A stretch of DNA of 64,000 bases from an uncultured Chlamydiae bacterium (GTDB lineage: Bacteria > Chlamydiota > Chlamydiia > Chlamydiales > JAJFMB01): contig OY969110.1 in the NCBI GenBank assembly GCA_963697995.1, positions 63,585-127,584 of the forward strand, read 5' to 3'. The position numbers and the translations under genes are program-made. The first letter of the stretch is position 1, and each line of letters opens with the position of its first letter. The notes beneath the pieces are model-generated. The model had not been told where the DNA came from and searched no databases. It saw nothing but the letters and a program-made list of their open reading frames with translations. Shown here one piece after another: positions 9,308-18,540 of this stretch.

Positions 9308-9700
9308 CTATTGATTACTTGGTATCGGTTGTTCATGTGGTGTTGCTACCACAATTTCCCAACCCTTTTTCCCCTTTAAAAGATTATAAGTGTAATTCCA
9401 ATTCCACACGACAGCCCCACTTTCAGTCACAAGACACCACTCAACAGTTAACAAAGCCATCATCTCATCTAAAAAAATCACCTGATTGACTGCGCACTTT
9501 GAGTGAGCAACCCCTTTTTCAGTAAATAACTTAAAGACTTGATTAAACTCCTTTTCAATTTCATCGCGGTTGTGAAAATTAAAAATTCTGTGTTCGCTAA
9601 CGATCAAACTTGGTGTAGCAAAAAGAGAGGCCATTCCTTTTGCATCTTTTTTATCAAAAACTTTCGATATTCGCTTAATAAATTCTTGAATTTCGTGCAT
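9308..9700 (-). CDS. NTF2-like fold small protein
   Basis: Helix-then-beta-sheet pattern ending in GWEIV; RBS GGAGG. Confidence 0.6.
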   Translation of the reverse strand: MHEIQEFIKRISKVFDKKDAKGMASLFATPSLIVSEHRIFNFHNRDEIEKEFNQVFKLFTEKGVAHSKCAVNQVIFLDEMMALLTVEWCLVTESGAVVWNWNYTYNLLKGKKGWEIVVATPHEQPIPSNQ

Positions 9701-9810
9701 ATTTCCCTCCTAAAGGAATAAATTCGTGTTATACATTTTTATTTATTTGAATGAAACCAAAACCTTATGAGACCATAAGATTTAGAGAAAAAATGTAAGG
9801 GCTAAATTCC

Positions 9811-12147
9811 ATGGGAAAAAAAGGAAACGAGAACATCTCTTCTACAGAGGATCCAAAAGAAGTGAAGGGGCTTCTCTTCATATCGGGAGGGTTAATCTTA
9901 AGCTTAAGTCTTTTAAGTTTTGTCTATCAGGTTCAGACAAAAAATCTACTTGGGGGTTTGGGTTACACTATCGCTTACCTCTTTCACTCAGCGTTTGGGC
10001 TTGCCTCCTACCTGATCCCCCCCTTTCTCATCTGGGCTGGCTTAAGACTTCTCTTTCAAAAGCCAATCAACAACCCCAAGAGAAAGGTGTTTCACTTAAG
10101 CCTTTTACTCTTTTCAGTTTGTATTCTTCTGTCGCTTTTTGAGGAGCACTCCCCTCTTTTGCAAAACATCGTTCGCTCAACGACCCAATCGAAGTATTGG
10201 CACAAACAGATGAACTACCACTTGGGAGGAAAACCGTTTTTCTACCTCTACAAAGAAGCGTCCCTTTTTTCTTTAAAAATGGCTTTAAACGACTTAGGGG
10301 TATTTATCGTCTTCACCACAACTCTTTTGATGAGTGTGTTTGCCCTTGCAAAAATACGCTTAGAAACGCTCCTTAAAAATGCCCTTTTAGGTTTTGAAAA
10401 AGCAAAAATCAAAATCGACTCTTACTTTTTAGAACGATCAAAGGAGGAGAGCCGTTTTTTACGCTTTGTCAAACTCAAAACCCCCGATTTTTTCGCTTCA
10501 AAAGAGAAAAAAGAGGAGCTTTTAGAAATTCACCCCGAAAGGCACTTAAAAGAGCGCCCTTCGATGACAAAAAAAATACCTGAACCTTTTATCAAATCTG
10601 AAGAGGTCGCTCCTAAAAGAGAGCTGATTCGACAAAAGGCGCTGGAAGCCCAAAAAGTCTATAACGGCGACTTCACTCACCTTAAAATGCCCTCCAATAA
10701 GCTTCTTACAGCCCCTCAAAAAATAGACACCACTGAGCTTAAGAAAAATTTAAAAAAGCAGGCAGAAGTGCTAGAAGAGACCCTTTTGAGCTTTGGAATC
10801 GAGGCTAAAGTTGGAGAAATTAACTGTGGGCCGACCATCACTTCATTTGAAGTCCATCCGGCCATTGGGGTTAAAGTGCAAAAAATCAAAGCGTTAGAAA
10901 ACGATATCGCCCTTAATATGGAGGCCAAATCGATTCGTATCATAGCACCGATCCCAGGAAAAGCGGCCATCGGGATCGAAGTGCCAAACGCTTACCCGCA
11001 AGAGGTCAGCTTTAAAGAGATGTTAGACACGTATCAAAGTGAGAAAAAAGCGCTTCACATTCCTCTACTTCTTGGGAAAGCGGTCAATGGGGATTGGGTG
11101 ATGAGCGATTTGGCTAAAATGCCTCACTGCATCATTGCAGGGGCCACGGGATCTGGAAAGTCTGTTTGTATCAATACAATTGTGATGTCGATCTTGATGA
11201 ACGCAAGGCCCGACGAAATCCGCCTTCTCATGGTCGACCCAAAGAAAGTGGAGCTGTCAGCCTACAGTAAGTTGCCTCACATGTTAGCTCCTGTGATTAC
11301 CGAGCCACAAGGGGCATGCGCAGCTCTTAACTGGCTTGTAAAAGAGATGGAGAAGCGGTACGAACTTTTAAGAATCAGCGGTGTTCGCAATATTGAAGCG
11401 TTCAATAAAAGAAAAATCAATAAGGAATTTGAAGCTTCACTCGATTATGAGATCCCTGCCACCCTTCACTACATTGTAGGGATTATCGACGAGCTTGCCG
11501 ACTTGATGATGATCTCTTCAAACGATATTGAAACGCCGATTGCACGTATTGCGCAAATGGCGCGAGCGGTGGGAATTCACTTAATTTTAGCCACGCAGCG
11601 CCCCTCACGCGAAGTGATCACAGGGCTTATTAAGGCGAACTTCCCGACCCGTATTGCCTTTAAAGTCGCAAGCCGCATCAACTCGCAAATCATTTTAGAT
11701 GAGACGGGAGCTGAATCGCTTCTTGGAAACGGGGACATGCTCTTTTTGCCTCCAGGGACCTCCCACCTGATTCGCGCTCAAGGAGCTTTTATTCGAGATG
11801 AGGATATCAATCGAGTTGTTCAATCGATTTGTGAACAATCTCCTCCAAACTACGTGATCAAGTCGTTTGACGATTTAAGTCAATTAGACAAGTCACTTCT
11901 GCCTTCTGCCATGAAGGAAGAGAAAGAGGAGAAAGACCCTCTCTATAAACAGGCAGAGGAGATCGTAATGAAGGCAAATAATGCTTCCACAACCTTTTTA
12001 CAAAGAAAACTTAAAATCGGTTATGCCAGAGCTGCAAGCTTAATGGATTTATTAGAGGAGAGAGGAGTGATTTCTGAGGCAGATGGGATCAAGGGAAGAC
12101 GCGTTCTTAACGGCTACCAAGAGGAGTTCCGAGAAGAGGAGGAATAG
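9811..12147 (+). CDS. ftsK: DNA translocase FtsK
   Basis: N-terminal TMs; AGATGSGKS; IDELADLM; ILATQRPS; gamma domain LKIGYARAA. Confidence 0.97.
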   Translation: MGKKGNENISSTEDPKEVKGLLFISGGLILSLSLLSFVYQVQTKNLLGGLGYTIAYLFHSAFGLASYLIPPFLIWAGLRLLFQKPINNPKRKVFHLSLLLFSVCILLSLFEEHSPLLQNIVRSTTQSKYWHKQMNYHLGGKPFFYLYKEASLFSLKMALNDLGVFIVFTTTLLMSVFALAKIRLETLLKNALLGFEKAKIKIDSYFLERSKEESRFLRFVKLKTPDFFASKEKKEELLEIHPERHLKERPSMTKKIPEPFIKSEEVAPKRELIRQKALEAQKVYNGDFTHLKMPSNKLLTAPQKIDTTELKKNLKKQAEVLEETLLSFGIEAKVGEINCGPTITSFEVHPAIGVKVQKIKALENDIALNMEAKSIRIIAPIPGKAAIGIEVPNAYPQEVSFKEMLDTYQSEKKALHIPLLLGKAVNGDWVMSDLAKMPHCIIAGATGSGKSVCINTIVMSILMNARPDEIRLLMVDPKKVELSAYSKLPHMLAPVITEPQGACAALNWLVKEMEKRYELLRISGVRNIEAFNKRKINKEFEASLDYEIPATLHYIVGIIDELADLMMISSNDIETPIARIAQMARAVGIHLILATQRPSREVITGLIKANFPTRIAFKVASRINSQIILDETGAESLLGNGDMLFLPPGTSHLIRAQGAFIRDEDINRVVQSICEQSPPNYVIKSFDDLSQLDKSLLPSAMKEEKEEKDPLYKQAEEIVMKANNASTTFLQRKLKIGYARAASLMDLLEERGVISEADGIKGRRVLNGYQEEFREEEE

Positions 12148-12213
12148 ATCTCTTGAAATAAACAGCCAAACCATGCTAAAACAGCTGTATCAAAACGATA
12201 AAAGGCATCTATC

Positions 12214-12987
12214 ATGGCAGGTTTTTGCCCTTTAGCCTCAGGCTCAAAGGGAAATGCGATTTTTTTTAGTAGTGAAAAAACAAAAATCTTGATCGATGCG
12301 GGTTTAAGCGCTAAGCAACTGCTCTTAAGACTCCAAGAGATTAATGTCGACATCTCAGAAATCGATGCCATCCTCATCTCACACGAGCATATCGATCACA
12401 TCCAAAGCTTGAAGGTGTTAGCTCTTAAATACAGAATCCCCATTTTTGCAAACACCGAGACAGCAAAAGGGATTATCGCAAGCTTAAAATGTGTTCCCAA
12501 CTTCAAGATTTTTACCACAGGTGAGCGCTTTACTTTCAAAGACTTAAATATTTTACCCTTTAGCATCAACCACGACACATTGGACCCGGTAGCATTCACG
12601 ATCGAAAATGAGGGGCTTAAATTTGGTTTCTGTACAGATTTAGGGTTCGTCACTTCCCTTGTCAGAACAAAACTGCAAAAATGTGACTACCTTTATATCG
12701 AAGCGAATCATGAACCTGATTTAGTCTACGCCTCACACCGTCCAGACGTCTACAAGCAAAGGGTCTTAAGTCGCAATGGGCACCTCTCTAACAAAGATTG
12801 TGGAGAGCTTTTAACACAAATTGCTCACGACGATCTAAAACACGTCTTCCTTGCCCACCTCTCGTCTGAGTGCAATACACCTGAAAAAGCATTAGTCACC
12901 ATTAAAGAGGCTTTGGAGCGCTCTCAAATGAGCTTAAACATCTCAATCGCCCATCAAGATAAGATAAGCACTCGAATTTGGTTATAA
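12214..12987 (+). CDS. YycJ/WalJ-like MBL-fold hydrolase
   Basis: LASGSKGNA; SHEHIDH; GHLSN; LAHLS. Confidence 0.9.
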   Translation: MAGFCPLASGSKGNAIFFSSEKTKILIDAGLSAKQLLLRLQEINVDISEIDAILISHEHIDHIQSLKVLALKYRIPIFANTETAKGIIASLKCVPNFKIFTTGERFTFKDLNILPFSINHDTLDPVAFTIENEGLKFGFCTDLGFVTSLVRTKLQKCDYLYIEANHEPDLVYASHRPDVYKQRVLSRNGHLSNKDCGELLTQIAHDDLKHVFLAHLSSECNTPEKALVTIKEALERSQMSLNISIAHQDKISTRIWL

Positions 12988-13011
12988 CCCTTTTAAGCTG
13001 ATTTTGGGTTT

Positions 13012-15057
13012 TTAGCGAAACCAGGAAGGAATCGGACAAGCAGTCAGCGTTATATTGCGAGTTTTATCGACGACTTTAATTGTTTGAAACACCCCTTCCC
13101 CTTCAACTGAAAAGTTAAGAGAATCAAAAACACCCTCTCGCCCCTCATTTGACAAGGGAACAGTATCAGTTTCATCCTCTTTTTCTAACATTTTCTTTAA
13201 GTAAGGAACCATTTTTGCAGACTCATTTCCTGGATTAAAATACCTATGCACAATAACGTCCGGTTTTTGTTTGTGAAAACCAATCCTTACCCTTCCGTAA
13301 CGGGGTTCATAATTTTTATATTGAACAGAAACGACCATCACAAAAGATTTATTATTATCTACGATTTGTTCAAGAACAAATCGGCTTCTTAACTCTTCAT
13401 CCTTTAGGATCACCTCGATTGGGGGAAAAGAGTGACGCAGCCAAGCATCCAGTAATTCCTCAGGGGAAGCATTCTGCAAGATACACTCCCCCTTGTGACG
13501 AAATGTCCTTATTTGCTCTAAATGTTTTGACGGGTTTATCGCCAAATAACGAGACACCGTTTCTTCATACTGGAACAAAGTGTAAGCTAACTTGCGAAGT
13601 TTTTCACCAATTTCAATCTCAGGAATTGAGGAAGACGTCTTTTTCGCCTCATTTTTTTTAATGTTTAAACCCTTGTTTTTTGCAATACTTGATAAAAAAG
13701 GGGAACCTTCAAATATTAAGTCCTCTTCCTCTTCAGAAGAGGAGGGTGAATTCAAAACTTGAGAACTTCCTTCATCTTTAGCACAAGATGAGCCCCCTTC
13801 TTTTTGATTGTTGACCGGGGAATTATTGGTAACTCTTGTGCTTTTTTTCCCCTTTTTTTTCTTTTTGTCTATCTCTTTATGCCAATCGGATAAATCCAAG
13901 GGAACCACTTCCCGAGACTTAGGTTTTGCAAAATAAGGCTCAAACAAAGGATCAGCCCCTTGACCATACCGCTCCTTTAACTCATTGAGTATCCCGTTTT
14001 GACGCAAAAAAAAGTAATTCTTATTTAAAGCATCCTCAACCAAACCACGAGCAAGCTGACTGTACTTCCAGTTCACTCGGTCTCTTAAAGAAAATTTTAA
14101 CTCGAAAAAATTTGGCCATTTTTCTTGATAACGATCTGCAATATCAATTGCAGTATCCCTTTGAAAATGAATATTAAAGAATAAACCCAAAAAGGGAAAC
14201 ATTTTGAAGATTTTCGGAATAATAGAAAATCTTCGACACTCTAAAAGAAAAATTTCACCAGTCTTATCTATCAGGCCAAACAAGTTAATGCCAAATTCGA
14301 TCAACTTGTCATATTGGACCTTCTGAAAAATATCATTTATTATTGAAATAATTTCTTTGTCTTGTGTTGATTCTAAAAAAGTAACTAAAAAATCTTGCTT
14401 TTTTTTGAATACTTCAATATCAACTAGATTATTTTTAACAATATCGTGAAAAAATTCAGCGAATAGGTGACGCGTCATTGTTGTAGATTCGGGTAGATTA
14501 AAAGCAAAGCCTGCAAGTTCGTTTTTTTTTTGAATGAAAACCAAAGGCTTAGTAAATTTATATTGCTCTTTAAAATTAAAGCTCGAATTCTTTTCTAATT
14601 CCAAGGCTAAAAGCGCTATTTTCTTTTCTGTATCAAAGAAATTTAATAGGATTTTAATAGCATCTTTTAAGGCAATTTTTTTTTGAGTTTCTAAACGAGC
14701 CTTGGTCAGACTTTCACTTTTAGCGATTTTTTCTAATAGAAGTTGTTGAGAGAGATCTTTGAGGATTGAATCAATTGTTTCTTTAGGCAAAATCGTCTGG
14801 TAAGTTTCAGCAACCTCTACCATATCGACCGGTTGATTAAAAAAAACAAGTCGACCTTTAAAAATGGTATCCAATGGTTCGGGATGAAGTTGCAATTCAT
14901 CTGGTAAGCCGGGATACTCCTTAAAAGGAGTATCATCATATATGACATTTTCTACACTTTGATCTTCAGAATCCCTTTTCTGAAGAGAGTTTAGAAGAGT
15001 CTCTTCATTAAACACACCTTCCAGGGGATAAAAACTACCATTAACTGAACAATCCAT
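13012..15057 (-). CDS. Hypothetical protein (orphan, possible effector)
   Basis: 681-codon ORF; low-complexity Lys-rich and Ser/Glu-rich linker; no recognised domain. Confidence 0.75.
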   Translation of the reverse strand: MDCSVNGSFYPLEGVFNEETLLNSLQKRDSEDQSVENVIYDDTPFKEYPGLPDELQLHPEPLDTIFKGRLVFFNQPVDMVEVAETYQTILPKETIDSILKDLSQQLLLEKIAKSESLTKARLETQKKIALKDAIKILLNFFDTEKKIALLALELEKNSSFNFKEQYKFTKPLVFIQKKNELAGFAFNLPESTTMTRHLFAEFFHDIVKNNLVDIEVFKKKQDFLVTFLESTQDKEIISIINDIFQKVQYDKLIEFGINLFGLIDKTGEIFLLECRRFSIIPKIFKMFPFLGLFFNIHFQRDTAIDIADRYQEKWPNFFELKFSLRDRVNWKYSQLARGLVEDALNKNYFFLRQNGILNELKERYGQGADPLFEPYFAKPKSREVVPLDLSDWHKEIDKKKKKGKKSTRVTNNSPVNNQKEGGSSCAKDEGSSQVLNSPSSSEEEEDLIFEGSPFLSSIAKNKGLNIKKNEAKKTSSSIPEIEIGEKLRKLAYTLFQYEETVSRYLAINPSKHLEQIRTFRHKGECILQNASPEELLDAWLRHSFPPIEVILKDEELRSRFVLEQIVDNNKSFVMVVSVQYKNYEPRYGRVRIGFHKQKPDVIVHRYFNPGNESAKMVPYLKKMLEKEDETDTVPLSNEGREGVFDSLNFSVEGEGVFQTIKVVDKTRNITLTACPIPSWFR

Positions 15058-15169
15058 AACAATCCTAATTTAAAAAAAAAGGATTATAAAAGTGTAATGC
15101 AGTTTTTGTCAATAAAATTGATTAATGAAATAAATTAATCTTTAAGTTTGTTTGTTAAATCAAAAACTT

Positions 15170-16339
15170 TTAACTAAAGAGACCTTTCAACTTATCAAGA
15201 AATCCTTTTCTTAAAGGTTGATTGCCTGGCCCCTCAAGTTTCTGAAACTCTTCTAACAGCTCTTTTTGCTTTTGCGACAAATTAGTCGGTGTCTCAACAA
15301 AGACTTTGACAAGAAGATCCCCCTTTCCGCGTCTGTGCACGTTTGGGAATCCTTGTTCTTTTACACGAAGCACTTTGCCATTTTGAACACCGGCTGGCAC
15401 TGTCAAAACACACTTTTGATGAGAACCAAGCGTTGGGACATCCTTTTTACATCCAAGAGCTGCTTCAGCAAAACTTATCGGTAGATTTAATAGAAGATCG
15501 TTGCCTTCCCTCTCAAAAATATCGTGCGGTTTAATCCCCACAAAAACAAAAAGGTCTCCAGCAGGACCACCCATGGGACCTGCATCTCCATAACCGCTCA
15601 TTTTTAGGCGCATCCCATCATCGACGCCTGCCGGAATATGCACTTTCACATGGGTCTTTTTCTTAACGACACCCTCACCGCGACACTCTTTACAAGGATC
15701 GACGATCACTTGCCCCTCACCATGACATTTGGGACACCCCATGCTCATGCTGAAAAAGCCTCTTTGCTCAAAAACTTGCCCTTTACCCCCGCAAGTCGAA
15801 CACACTTTAATACTTTCAGGGCTAGCTGCCCCTTTACCATGGCATACCTCACAGCTCACTAAGTTGTGCACGACAAGTTCCTTGTCGACACCGGCTGCCA
15901 CCTCTTCAAAGGTTAGCGTGATATTAACCCGCTTACTGGCGCCCTGCCTTGGGGCATTATACCCTTGAGCTCCTCGACCACCGCCAAAAAAAGACTCGAA
16001 TATCGTGTCGGAACCACCGCCGCCAAAAGCCCCCATGAAAGTGCGCAAAGCCTCGTCCATCGAAGAGAAACCCGCCCCGCCAGGACCTGCACCCATGTGC
16101 GCTCCGTCAAGGCCCGCCTTACCGTACTGATCGTACATATGACGCTTGTTCTCATCGCTCAAGACTTCGTAAGCTTCTGAAATTTCTTTAAATTTGAGCT
16201 CCGCTCCCTTATCGCCAGGATTGCGATCGGGATGATACTTAAGCGCCTGTTTGCGATAAGCTTTTTTGATCTCTTCTGGGGTGGCCTCTTTAGACACCTC
16301 TAACACAGTATAATAATCTGTTGCCATAGTCCTCGTCAT
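15170..16339 (-). CDS. dnaJ: Chaperone DnaJ (start may be 16327)
   Basis: HPD J-domain; G/F region; four CxxCxGxG repeats. Confidence 0.97.
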   Translation of the reverse strand: MTRTMATDYYTVLEVSKEATPEEIKKAYRKQALKYHPDRNPGDKGAELKFKEISEAYEVLSDENKRHMYDQYGKAGLDGAHMGAGPGGAGFSSMDEALRTFMGAFGGGGSDTIFESFFGGGRGAQGYNAPRQGASKRVNITLTFEEVAAGVDKELVVHNLVSCEVCHGKGAASPESIKVCSTCGGKGQVFEQRGFFSMSMGCPKCHGEGQVIVDPCKECRGEGVVKKKTHVKVHIPAGVDDGMRLKMSGYGDAGPMGGPAGDLFVFVGIKPHDIFEREGNDLLLNLPISFAEAALGCKKDVPTLGSHQKCVLTVPAGVQNGKVLRVKEQGFPNVHRRGKGDLLVKVFVETPTNLSQKQKELLEEFQKLEGPGNQPLRKGFLDKLKGLFS

Positions 16340-16434
16340 AGGTGTATATCTCCCATCTCGTAAAAATTACAAGCAGAAGCCAACAAAGTGAAAACACTTG
16401 TCAGCTAAAACACTTGGAGAAACGCTGGTAAATC

Positions 16435-16614
16435 TTAACGCTGCTTTTTGTACTTGAGAGCAGCTTTTGCTTTAGCACGCTTTCTAATCGACGGCTTAAC
16501 ATAAAAACGGTGCGCTTTCACCGATTTCATTACGCCTTCTTTATCTAATCTCTTTTTAAGAGCGCGCAAAGCCTTATCAATCGGCTCACCAATACGAACT
16601 TTTACGAATGACAT
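16435..16614 (-). CDS. rpsU: 30S ribosomal protein S21 (59 aa; absent from the ORF track)
   Basis: Manual translation [59 protein letters not shown]; upstream of dnaJ as in Chlamydia. Confidence 0.95.
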   Translation of the reverse strand: MSFVKVRIGEPIDKALRALKKRLDKEGVMKSVKAHRFYVKPSIRKRAKAKAALKYKKQR

Positions 16615-16963
16615 GTACGTTGTTACCTTTTCTTAAATTTCACTTTAAAGGCTGCCACTTCAACTAAAAAAAGCAACCTATCCTTTAAGCTCACCACTAT
16701 ACACAAATGGGAAAATAGAAGCAATACCCAATTTCACCTACCCCCTAGAGTCGACCTGAAAGAGTGCTAAAGCTGCCCAAATTAGAAGACAAGTTAACAA
16801 AATTTTACGACAATCAGGAGAGAAAATTTGTAGAATTGAAACAAATAAAATATTAAATCTCAGTTATTAGTAAAATTATTATTAAATGTTAATAAAATTT
16901 ACAGTTTAAGCAAATTAAAATTCATATTATCATTGACTTTAACTTATTTATTTTGTATATTTT

Positions 16964-17734
16964 GTGATTAAAAAGGAGTTTTTACACATGAGTAGTAGTA
17001 ATATTAGTTTTGACAGTCAAGTAGGTATTCCTGAGGGATTTGGAATAAGCAGAGATAATTTACATAGAAGACAACCACCAGTACCTTTTGTCGACAGAAT
17101 AGCAGAAGTGATGACAAAAACAGTTCCTAGATTAGGGGTTACTGTTGAAATTGAAAATACCCGTTACAAAATTAAAGAATTTGGTAAACAAGGAAGATTT
17201 AAGAGCTTTAAAATTAAACACGATATCGTATTCGAATCAAAAGATTTAATTTATAAAAATCGATCTCATTCCTGTCGTAAATGGATTCTAAAAATCTTCA
17301 ATCCTTTAATGGGAAATGCACTTTTCAGAGACTTTGAAAACACAAGAAAAACAATACAATACCTTAAAGATAATCAAATAAATCATCCCGAATGTCTTAT
17401 TACACCTGAGACTTACAAACATCCTACTAATGGTAAATTTTGGGTAGTTAGAAAAATTTCAAAGGAGATCGACATATCAAAACCTCAAGTTGTTGCATTT
17501 ATTAAAAATCTTTATAATTTAAATGTAATAAACCCCGATAAAAAGCTTAAGATTTTTAAAGAGAATATTCGATTAGACAAACATGACGTTCCTTATTTTA
17601 CTGGTATGTCGATGTATTCTGGATTATCTCTTAAAGAATCGATCGAAGAGGAGTTGTTCAAACTTATTCAAGACGGTGAGGCAAGTGAAAACTCAAGTCA
17701 TGTTGATACAGAAGATAGTATTTCAAACAATTAA
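16964..17734 (+). CDS. AT-rich hypothetical protein, possibly a degenerate protein-kinase fold (likely start 16988)
   Basis: WILKIF and FKENIRLD resemble kinase subdomains II and VIb, but the catalytic Asp residues are not evident. Confidence 0.55.
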   Translation: MIKKEFLHMSSSNISFDSQVGIPEGFGISRDNLHRRQPPVPFVDRIAEVMTKTVPRLGVTVEIENTRYKIKEFGKQGRFKSFKIKHDIVFESKDLIYKNRSHSCRKWILKIFNPLMGNALFRDFENTRKTIQYLKDNQINHPECLITPETYKHPTNGKFWVVRKISKEIDISKPQVVAFIKNLYNLNVINPDKKLKIFKENIRLDKHDVPYFTGMSMYSGLSLKESIEEELFKLIQDGEASENSSHVDTEDSISNN

Positions 17735-17853
17735 TATTCCACTTTTTCAGAATGAACTACTAGTAACTAGAGTCGACCAAAGAAGGGGATTTGAACCAAG
17801 AAAATTCAGTCCCATTCACTCGAGTAAAAACACCAACTAATTAATTGACTTGT

Positions 17854-17889
17854 AAGACGACAAAACAGGATAGACTGTTTTGTCGTCTT
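17854..17889. terminator. Hairpin between convergent genes (likely bidirectional terminator)
   Basis: Perfect 15-bp stem AAGACGACAAAACAG / CTGTTTTGTCGTCTT. Confidence 0.7.
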
Positions 17890-17894
17890 CGGTT

Positions 17895-18491
17895 TTAATA
17901 ATGAATCTTAATAGATGTTTCCCCTTTTAACAAAAGGGAGCGCCCCTCAAGATAAAGCCCTTTTGGGGAAATGGGCTCTTCAAAAATAGGCAAACCTGGC
18001 AACTTATCTTTAATTAAGTTTTTATGAGGTGTAACAATCACTTCCCCCTCTTTTAAAGAGAACTCCTTTGGTTTTAAAAGACTCGGTTTTCCCTCAAAAA
18101 TCACTTGATCCCCCTCTCTTACTCCCCTCTCCATATAAAGCCCCCCCGATCTTGCATCGATCACCGATACAAAAGGACCTGAATTGCTTCTTACAAAACC
18201 TCTTAATGAACTGACACCTACTAATGGAATCCCACATGCAAATGAAAAGGCTTGAGCAATCGTGACGCCAACACGCAATCCTGTATAAGAGCCTGGGCCT
18301 ACCCCCACAATCAAAAGGGAGAAAGAGCTAATTTCAAGGTTAAAACGAGCCAATAAGTCTGATAAAACCGGCATAAGATGGGTCGAGCTTTGTAGTCCCT
18401 CCGGCAAAGTGACCACTTCAATTGGCGTATCTCCTTGAAAAAGAGCTACTACCCCTTTTTCTGTTGCTGTATCAATAATCAGTGTTTTCAT
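17895..18491 (-). CDS. tsaB: t6A biosynthesis protein TsaB
   Basis: MKTLIIDTA start; GVGPGSYTGLRVG; VIDAR. Confidence 0.93.
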   Translation of the reverse strand: MKTLIIDTATEKGVVALFQGDTPIEVVTLPEGLQSSTHLMPVLSDLLARFNLEISSFSLLIVGVGPGSYTGLRVGVTIAQAFSFACGIPLVGVSSLRGFVRSNSGPFVSVIDARSGGLYMERGVREGDQVIFEGKPSLLKPKEFSLKEGEVIVTPHKNLIKDKLPGLPIFEEPISPKGLYLEGRSLLLKGETSIKIHY

Positions 18492-18540
18492 AATTTTACA
18501 AGAACAGTATAGAGTAAAATAGATCAAAAGTCGAGAACTT

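Noticed and set aside
9259-9489. 76-aa ORF
   Set aside because: It starts inside tRNA-His and is antisense to a better ORF
16744-16758. Vector polylinker contamination (resembles XbaI-SalI-PstI)
   Set aside because: Only a 14-bp partial match; the XbaI and PstI sites are incomplete and no other vector sequence is adjacent
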